Assembly: GCA_037133055.1 (NCBI GenBank)
Contig: JBAXOY010000048.1
Location: 1 to 21,118 of the forward strand
Source of the DNA: Chlamydiota bacterium
Lineage (GTDB): Bacteria; Auribacterota; Tritonobacteria; UBA1439
Direction: 5' to 3'
DNA: 21,118 nucleotides
Under the pieces are notes generated by a model. The model searched no databases and was not told the origin of the DNA. It saw only the letters and a program-made list of their open reading frames with translations. The translations under genes and the position numbers were made by a program. This document shows, one piece after another, positions 15,688 through 21,118 of the stretch; within the stretch, counting starts at the first letter, position 1; the number at the start of each line of letters is the position of its first letter.

Positions 15688-16866
15688 TTACTTCCTCTCC
15701 CACCTGGACGCAATATTCGCCACCCCCTCCGCCTTGCGGGGGCAGTCCACCCAGAGGCTGAACCAGTTGTCCATCCTGTGGTAGCTTGTTCTGTGGTCCC
15801 GGGTGTGGAGGGAGAAGGAGAAGTAGTATTTCCCCTGAAGGAGCGGGAGCATGCCGAATGAGAGGCGCAGCGTCCCCTCGCCCTCGATCGCGTCGACCGG
15901 AAACGCGTCGATGATCGTATTGCTCCCGCAGCAGAGGGTCCCGTCGCTCTTCGTGATCCCGAAGCCGAAGACGGGGTCCTCGATCCTCTTCCCGGCGCGA
16001 TAGTCGATCTCCACGACGAGCGGGCCGCCGCTCGCGATCCGCTCGACCGCCCCGCCCTTCCCGTCGGTGAAGCGGACGGCCGAAACGACCGCCTCCTTTG
16101 TGCCCCATTCCCGGATGACGACCGCGCCCGCCTTCTGGAACCCGAGGCTCTTGTACTGGTCCACGACCTGCCCCGGCTCGCCGACCCGGACGACCCTCCC
16201 CTGGTCGAGGAGGAGCACGCGGTCGCTCACCTCGGTGATCGTGTCGAGGTCGTGGGAGACGATCAGCATCGTCTTCCCCTCCGTCTTGAACTGGGCGATC
16301 TTCTCGAGGCACTTCTTCTTGAACGTTTCGTCCCCGACGGCCATCACCTCGTCGATGAGAAGGATGTCGGGATTCACCTCGACGGCGACGGCGAAGCCGA
16401 GGCGGACGTACATCCCCGAGGAGTAGTGCTTCACGGGAATGTCGATGAACTGCTCGAGCTCCGCGAAGCGGACGATTTGATCGAACTTCTCCCGGATTTC
16501 CCTCCTCGTGAGGCCCAGGATGGAGCCGTTCAGGCGGATGTTCTCAGCCCCGGTGAGGTCGGGGTGGAAGCCCGCCCCGAGCTCGAGGAGGGAGGAGACG
16601 CGGCCGCGCACCGCGACCGAGCCCTCCGTGGGGCGCATCGTGCGGGCGAGGATGCCGAGGAGGGTGCTTTTCCCGGCGCCGTTCGCGCCGATGATGCCGA
16701 TCGTCGAGCCCGACTCGGCGGTGAAACTGATGTCCTTCAGCGCCCAGAACTCCTCCCGGCCCTTCCGCCAGCGGAGGATGGACATGGCGGACGCCTTGAG
16801 CGTGTTCCGCCCGGCGTGCTTCAGGGTGAACTTCTTCCCTACCCCGTTGACCTCGATGGATTTCAT
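15688..16866 (-). CDS. wzt: Polysaccharide ABC exporter ATP-binding subunit with C-terminal Wzt_C carbohydrate-binding domain
   Basis: FWALKDISF, Walker A GANGAGKST, LLELGAGFHPDLTGAENI, YSSGMYVRLGF, ILLIDE, VSHD, plus a beta-rich C-terminal extension of about 145 aa. Confidence 0.95.
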   Translation of the reverse strand: MKSIEVNGVGKKFTLKHAGRNTLKASAMSILRWRKGREEFWALKDISFTAESGSTIGIIGANGAGKSTLLGILARTMRPTEGSVAVRGRVSSLLELGAGFHPDLTGAENIRLNGSILGLTRREIREKFDQIVRFAELEQFIDIPVKHYSSGMYVRLGFAVAVEVNPDILLIDEVMAVGDETFKKKCLEKIAQFKTEGKTMLIVSHDLDTITEVSDRVLLLDQGRVVRVGEPGQVVDQYKSLGFQKAGAVVIREWGTKEAVVSAVRFTDGKGGAVERIASGGPLVVEIDYRAGKRIEDPVFGFGITKSDGTLCCGSNTIIDAFPVDAIEGEGTLRLSFGMLPLLQGKYYFSFSLHTRDHRTSYHRMDNWFSLWVDCPRKAEGVANIASRWERK

Positions 16867-16871
16867 ATCCT

Positions 16872-16898
16872 GTTCAAGCGGTTCAACCAGTTCAAGCG
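16872..16898 (+). repeat. 9-bp tandem repeat x3
   Basis: GTTCAAGCG-GTTCAACCA-GTTCAAGCG. Confidence 0.8.
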
Positions 16899-16910
16899 GC
16901 GAGACGCTTC

Positions 16911-16951
16911 CTCCGTGAACCTCCGTGCGCTCCGTGTCCTCCGTGGTGAAA
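16911..16951 (-). repeat. CACGGAG repeat x4 (9-10 bp period)
   Basis: The minus strand reads TTTCACCACGGAG-GACACGGAG-CGCACGGAG-GTTCACGGAG. Confidence 0.8.
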
Positions 16952-16959
16952 GTCGTACG

Positions 16960-17745
16960 TCACAGTTCGTCGGCGAAGTCGGGTTCATACTTCCTGAAAA
17001 TCGACACCCCCGCCGCGAGGACGACTACCGGCACGACGACCGCGGCGACGAGCGCAATCACCCCCGGATACGGGCCTCCGACGATGATCGCGCGGTACAG
17101 CGTGATGAGCCCCGCCATCGGGTTCACAACATAGAGCCTCACCGCCCAGGGCGGGATGCGGCTGTTCGCGGTGATGAAGTCAAGCGAGTAGATGACGGGC
17201 GACATGAAGAACCACGCCATGAGGAGGACGCCGACGATGTGCTCGGTGTCCCTGAAGTAGACGCTCGAGCAGGAGACGAGGAGGGCGAGCCCCAGGCAGA
17301 AGACGAGCTCGATCGCGACGACGAGCGGCAGGAGGGCGAGCCCCGGCCCCCAGGCGAGTTTCCCCGCGAGGAGGGCGAACCCGAAGAGGACCAGGAGCGA
17401 GAGGAGGTAGTTGACGAGATTGGCGAGCACCGTCGAGAGCGGGAGGATGATGCGCGGAAAATAGATCTTCTTCACGAGGTTCGGGTGGCCCGCGACGGCG
17501 CTGATCGAGTCGTTGCAGCACATCGTGAGGAACTGCCACGCGAGGATCCCGGTGAGGAGGCCCGGGATGCTCATCGGGAACTTCATGAACTTGATGAATA
17601 TCCAGTAGATGAGCATCATGAAGAGGGGGTTCAGGAGCGTCCAGGCGAAGCCGAGCGCCGAGCCCTGGTAGCGGATCTTCAGGTTGCGGGCGACGAGTGT
17701 CGCCAGCATCTCCCTCTTGTCGAAGACGTCAGAAAAAGCGCTCAT
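16960..17745 (-). CDS. wzm: Polysaccharide ABC exporter permease (ABC-2)
   Basis: ATG 17745 with AGGAG SD. RNLKIRYQGSALGFAWTLLNPL, LVKKIYFPR, YFRD, SPVIY, NPM, C-terminal FADEL; 261 aa. Confidence 0.95.
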   Translation of the reverse strand: MSAFSDVFDKREMLATLVARNLKIRYQGSALGFAWTLLNPLFMMLIYWIFIKFMKFPMSIPGLLTGILAWQFLTMCCNDSISAVAGHPNLVKKIYFPRIILPLSTVLANLVNYLLSLLVLFGFALLAGKLAWGPGLALLPLVVAIELVFCLGLALLVSCSSVYFRDTEHIVGVLLMAWFFMSPVIYSLDFITANSRIPPWAVRLYVVNPMAGLITLYRAIIVGGPYPGVIALVAAVVVPVVVLAAGVSIFRKYEPDFADEL

Positions 17746-17786
17746 GGGGGGCTCCTGCTCCTGCGGCACAGCCACGTCGGGGCGCG

Positions 17787-18080
17787 TTACTCCCACACGA
17801 ACTTATCCCGGGGCTCGGGCTTCGGCGTAGGCGCGCGCGCGCCCGCGCCCCGGAGGCTGCGCCGCGCGGATTCCTCGAGCCACGCGTCGATGACCGATTT
17901 CTTGAAGCGGATCGTCGCGCCGATGCGGCTCGCGGGGATGTTGCCGCGCTTCACGTGCCGGTAGACCACCTGCTTGTGCAGGTGCAGGTAGTCGGCGACC
18001 TGGTCGATGGTCATCACCTCGGGGAAGCGCGGCGCGGCGGCTGCGGGCGCGGGCTTCGGGGGCTTCACGGCGCCGGCCAT
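17787..18080 (-). CDS. Excisionase-family (HTH_17, MerR-like) DNA-binding protein
   Basis: C-terminal part of the 340-aa track ORF. ATG 18080 lies 2 nt after the aldolase stop. EVMTIDQVADYLHLHKQVVYRHVKRGNIPASRIGATIRFKKSVIDAWL; 97 aa. Confidence 0.88.
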   Translation of the reverse strand: MAGAVKPPKPAPAAAAPRFPEVMTIDQVADYLHLHKQVVYRHVKRGNIPASRIGATIRFKKSVIDAWLEESARRSLRGAGARAPTPKPEPRDKFVWE

Positions 18081-18082
18081 CG

Positions 18083-18850
18083 TCAGAGTTTCTCCCTGAT
18101 CGTCCGGTAGAGCTCCGCGGAGAGGGCCTCGACAAGCCCGTCCGGGGGCTGCGCCGGGTTTCCCTTCGGCTCGCACATGCCGCACTTGTTGCAGGGGTAG
18201 ACCTTGCTCTTCAGGCCGAGCTTCTCGCGGAGATCGAGGAGCTTCGCGATCTCCTCGCGCGGGAGGGGCTTGACCGGGCCGAGCTGGCGCGCCGCGGCGC
18301 ATACCTCGGCGCTGTGCTCGACCTTCTCCAGCCGGTCGTACGCGGTGAAGACGTTGTCCCCGACCGTGATCGTGCCGTGCCGCTCGATGATCAGGGCGTC
18401 GCAGTCTCCGATGAGGGAGGCGATCGCCTGCGGGCCCTCCTCGGTGCAGGGGGTCGCGTAGGCGGCCATGGGGATGGAGCCGAAGATCATCACGATCTCG
18501 GGCAGCACGCACTGCGGGAGCTTCAGCCCGGCGAGGGAGAAGGCGATGGTGAGGGGCGGATGGGCGTGGACGACCGCCCCGATGTCGGGGCGCCTTTGGT
18601 ACGCCTCGATGTGGAGGTAGAGCTCGCCGGTGGGCTTCCCCTCGCCCTGGAGTTTTGCGCCCCGCATGTCCGTGACGATCAGGTCGCGCGGGGAGAGGAA
18701 CCCCTTGTTGATGCCGGAGGGTGTGCTCAGCATGCGATTGGATCCCAGCCGGACGCTCACGTTGCCGTCGCTGCCGGAAATATAGCCCCGGGCGTACATG
18801 CGGCGGCACACCTCGACGATGTCCTGGCGATATTCGCGTTCTGATTTCAT
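18083..18850 (-). CDS. Class II aldolase/adducin family protein (fuculose/rhamnulose-phosphate aldolase-like), BMC cargo
   Basis: DGNVS, TPSG, GELYLH, VVHAHP, ERHG metal and catalytic residues. C-terminal extension with CNKCGMC, a Pro-rich linker and the amphipathic helix LVEALSAELYRTIREKL. Confidence 0.92.
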   Translation of the reverse strand: MKSEREYRQDIVEVCRRMYARGYISGSDGNVSVRLGSNRMLSTPSGINKGFLSPRDLIVTDMRGAKLQGEGKPTGELYLHIEAYQRRPDIGAVVHAHPPLTIAFSLAGLKLPQCVLPEIVMIFGSIPMAAYATPCTEEGPQAIASLIGDCDALIIERHGTITVGDNVFTAYDRLEKVEHSAEVCAAARQLGPVKPLPREEIAKLLDLREKLGLKSKVYPCNKCGMCEPKGNPAQPPDGLVEALSAELYRTIREKL

Positions 18851-18887
18851 GCTCTCTCGCGCTGTGCGGCGGCCCCGTCGGCGGCGG

Positions 18888-19436
18888 TCACAGGATGAAG
18901 CTGCTCAGATCGACGTGGGGATTCGGGATCACGATTCGGCGCACCAGCGCGCCCATCTCCTTGATCCGGTCGATGCCGGCCTGCACGGCCGCCTCGACGT
19001 CGGCCCACTCTCCCGTGAGCACGACGAACGATTTTCCCCCGAGGCCGTTGCCGACCCGGATGAGAACGAGCTCGATCGCCGTCTCCTTCGCGGCGGCGTC
19101 GGCGGCGACGATGCAGGCGGGGGCGTTGAAGGTCTCGATGACGCCGAGCGCGCCCAGCGCGTGGACCGGCGTGGCCGCGATGAGCGCGGGGACAACCTGG
19201 GCGTGCACGTTCGGCAGCATCAGCTTCTCCGTGACCGCGCCGCGCCCGGCCTCGAGGCCAGCCTCGAGCGACTTCTCGACGGCCTCGACGTCCCCGGTGA
19301 CCAGCACGATATACTTGCCCGGGCAGATGCCGCGGGAGTCCACCACCGTGACCTCGGCCTTCTTCGCCATGGCGTCGGTGGCGAGGATCCCGGAGGCGAT
19401 GCTGTTGAACTCGATCAATCCGATTGCCGGTTCCAT
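18888..19436 (-). CDS. pduT: Tandem-domain BMC shell protein (BMC-T), PduT-like
   Basis: ATG 19436, MEPAIGLIEFNSIASGI..DAMAK..ICPGKY. The Cys falls at residue 38, as in the Fe-S ligand of PduT. Second domain ALGVIET..AADAAAK..GLGGK; 182 aa. Confidence 0.92.
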   Translation of the reverse strand: MEPAIGLIEFNSIASGILATDAMAKKAEVTVVDSRGICPGKYIVLVTGDVEAVEKSLEAGLEAGRGAVTEKLMLPNVHAQVVPALIAATPVHALGALGVIETFNAPACIVAADAAAKETAIELVLIRVGNGLGGKSFVVLTGEWADVEAAVQAGIDRIKEMGALVRRIVIPNPHVDLSSFIL

Positions 19437-19442
19437 TGCCTT

Positions 19443-19470
19443 AAATCCCAAATCCCAAATCCCAAACCCC
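19443..19470 (+). repeat. 7-bp tandem repeat (AAATCCC)x3 + AAACCCC
   Basis: Seen directly in the pduS-pduT spacer. Confidence 0.9.
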
Positions 19471-19490
19471 AATAACGGCGAGGTGAAGAG

Positions 19491-20825
19491 TCATTGTTGC
19501 GCCGCGGCGATCACGATGGAGTCCGTGATCTCCTTCACGACGCCCCCGATGCTCGCATGGTGCCGTGCCCCGAGCTTCCCCTCCGGAATCTCGGCGATGA
19601 CCTGTCCCTTCTTCACGCGCTGTCCCACCCTCACGCACGGCACCGCCGCCGCCCCGACGTTCTGCGCGAGGGGGATCGTCACGCGCGAGGGAGAGAGCGC
19701 CCTGTCGCTGAACGGGACCTTCACCTGGTAGGGGGCGAGCCCGAGCCGGGCGACGAGGCGGTTGGTCGCGATGCGGGTGGTCTCCCGGAGGAACCGGGGC
19801 GTCGGCGTCGGGGATTTCTTCCCCGCCTCCCATCCGAGCGCCTTGAGGTTCCGCTTGATGTTCCCGTTGATGCGCGCGATCGGGAGGTTCATCGGGCAGA
19901 TGTAGAGGCCGCAGAGCTCGCACTCGCAGCAGAGGTGGGCCGTGGTCTCGCCGTTGCCCTCCGGGAACGGGAGACCGAAGAGGACCGAGCGCATGACGAG
20001 GTGCGGGTAGAGCTCGTGCCCGAGCAGGTAGCGGGGGCAGATCATCGTGCAGAGGGTGCACTGGCAGCAGAACTGCCGCGTCACGTGCAGGCTCCGGCTG
20101 AAGGGCACCGTCCGCCTCCGGACGAGGGCGTGGCCGCGGGGGAGGACCACCACGGCGCCGGTGGTCTTGGTGACCGGCTGCGAGGTGTCGTAGGAAAGTT
20201 TTCCCATCATCGGGCCTCCGAGCATGAGCGCGAAATCCTCCACCGCCGGGCCCCCCGCCGCGTCGATCAGCTCGGCCCACGTGGTGCCGATCGGGGCCTC
20301 GAGGGTGACGGGGTTCCTGACGGCCCCCGCGACCGTGATGTAGCGCGACGTGACCGGATCCCCCTCCTCGGCGTCGGCGATATTCTTGAACGTCTCCACG
20401 TTGCTGTTCACGACCCCGACGTCGAGCGGGAGGCCCCCGCCCGGGATCACGCGGCCCGTCGTCTCGTAGACGATGACGAACTCGTCCCCCGCGGGGTAGG
20501 CGTTCTCGAGGAACGCGAGGCGGATGTGGTCCTTCTTGCCCAGGGCGCGCCGGAAGGAGGCGACCGCGTCCCTGTACTTTTCCTTGAGCCCGACGATGCC
20601 CTTTTTCGCCCCGGTGGCCTTCATGACGAGCTCAATCCCCTTCACCACCCTCGCGGCCTCGCGGGCCATCAGGTGCTGGTCGTTGTGGAGGAGCGGCTCG
20701 CACTCGGCGCCGTTGGCGATGACGTAGTCGACGCGCGCGTCTATCTTTTTCCAGGTGGGGAAGCCGGCGCCCCCGGCGCCGACCACGCCGGCCTTTTTGA
20801 CTTTGTCTACGAGCGTCGCGGGCAT
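19491..20825 (-). CDS. pduS: PduS-like (RnfC/NuoF-related) FMN/[4Fe-4S] oxidoreductase
   Basis: GVVGAGGAGFPT, NGAECEP, YPAGDE, GGPMMG, two ferredoxin-type motifs CCQCTLCTMICP and CCECELCGLYICP, C-terminal HASIGGVV; adjacent to pduT. Confidence 0.93.
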   Translation of the reverse strand: MPATLVDKVKKAGVVGAGGAGFPTWKKIDARVDYVIANGAECEPLLHNDQHLMAREAARVVKGIELVMKATGAKKGIVGLKEKYRDAVASFRRALGKKDHIRLAFLENAYPAGDEFVIVYETTGRVIPGGGLPLDVGVVNSNVETFKNIADAEEGDPVTSRYITVAGAVRNPVTLEAPIGTTWAELIDAAGGPAVEDFALMLGGPMMGKLSYDTSQPVTKTTGAVVVLPRGHALVRRRTVPFSRSLHVTRQFCCQCTLCTMICPRYLLGHELYPHLVMRSVLFGLPFPEGNGETTAHLCCECELCGLYICPMNLPIARINGNIKRNLKALGWEAGKKSPTPTPRFLRETTRIATNRLVARLGLAPYQVKVPFSDRALSPSRVTIPLAQNVGAAAVPCVRVGQRVKKGQVIAEIPEGKLGARHHASIGGVVKEITDSIVIAAAQQ

Positions 20826-20831
20826 TAGCTT

Positions 20832-21118
20832 TTACACGATTCTGAAATAGTCCACCAACGTGCAGCGGCGGACCCGCGTGAAATCCTTCGCGGAGGTGAG
20901 CCCCTCGCCCGTGGGGCTGGCGATCGTGAACGAGGTGTACCCCTCGCCGCCGAGGCCGAGGCCGCAGCCGTTCGAGCCGTTCTTCACGAAGATCGAGCAG
21001 TTGACGAGCCGCGCCATCTTCGAGAGTTTCTCGATGTTCCGTGAGAACATCGAGGCGGTGTGCCGGTAGCCGTGCTCCATCTCGAGCCCGAGGTCGATCG
21101 CCTCGTCCACGTGCCTCA
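20832..21118 (-). CDS. BMC-type acylating aldehyde dehydrogenase (PduP/EutE family), C-terminal part only
   Basis: EHGYRHTA, SIFVKNG, GLGLGGEGYTSFTIASPTGEGLTSAKDFTRVRRC, the characteristic EutE/PduP C-terminus. The 5' part is outside the window. Confidence 0.93.
   Translation of the reverse strand, partial: RHVDEAIDLGLEMEHGYRHTASMFSRNIEKLSKMARLVNCSIFVKNGSNGCGLGLGGEGYTSFTIASPTGEGLTSAKDFTRVRRCTLVDYFRIV

Noticed and set aside
16872..16951. Possible mini-CRISPR
   Set aside because: The units are 9-10 bp with no unique spacers, and there are no cas genes.
17787..18809. 340-aa ORF or prophage excisionase marking a mobile element
   Set aside because: The N-terminal 243 aa are an alternate frame of the aldolase. 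No integrase, att repeats or tRNA were seen.
19437..19472. N-terminal extension MGFGIWDLGFKA on PduT
   Set aside because: It is simply the translated heptamer repeat. ATG 19436 gives a canonical PduT length and Cys38.
6122..20828. Long plus-strand ORFs (6122-8059, 13917-15641, 16252-17964, 19494-20828)
   Set aside because: They are antisense shadows of motif-bearing minus-strand genes and have no recognisable domains.

Overview
High-GC (about 70% by eye) bacterial chromosomal window with no RNA genes, CRISPR or intact mobile element seen. At the left, a divergent promoter drives two genes: on the minus strand, a secreted 7-repeat Gloeo/Verruco-type beta-propeller protein that runs off the edge and is missing from the ORF track; on the plus strand, a sulfatase-fold/TPR protein. 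From 21118 down to 3543 there are 16 co-oriented minus-strand genes. They begin with the distal end of a bacterial microcompartment (BMC) locus (acylating aldehyde dehydrogenase, PduS, PduT-like shell protein, class II aldolase with a probable encapsulation peptide) and an excisionase-type HTH gene. These run with short gaps into a surface-glycan locus: wzm, wzt with a C-terminal carbohydrate-binding domain, a small helical protein, a GT4, a lower-GC methyltransferase, and a duplicated GT4 + GT-C-like gene pair. A lipoprotein and a long-chain polyprenyl synthase end the run. Most of the larger spacers contain short tandem repeats or REP-like palindromes, and one palindrome lies in frame inside a gene. 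All calls come from reading motifs by eye; no database searches were run.
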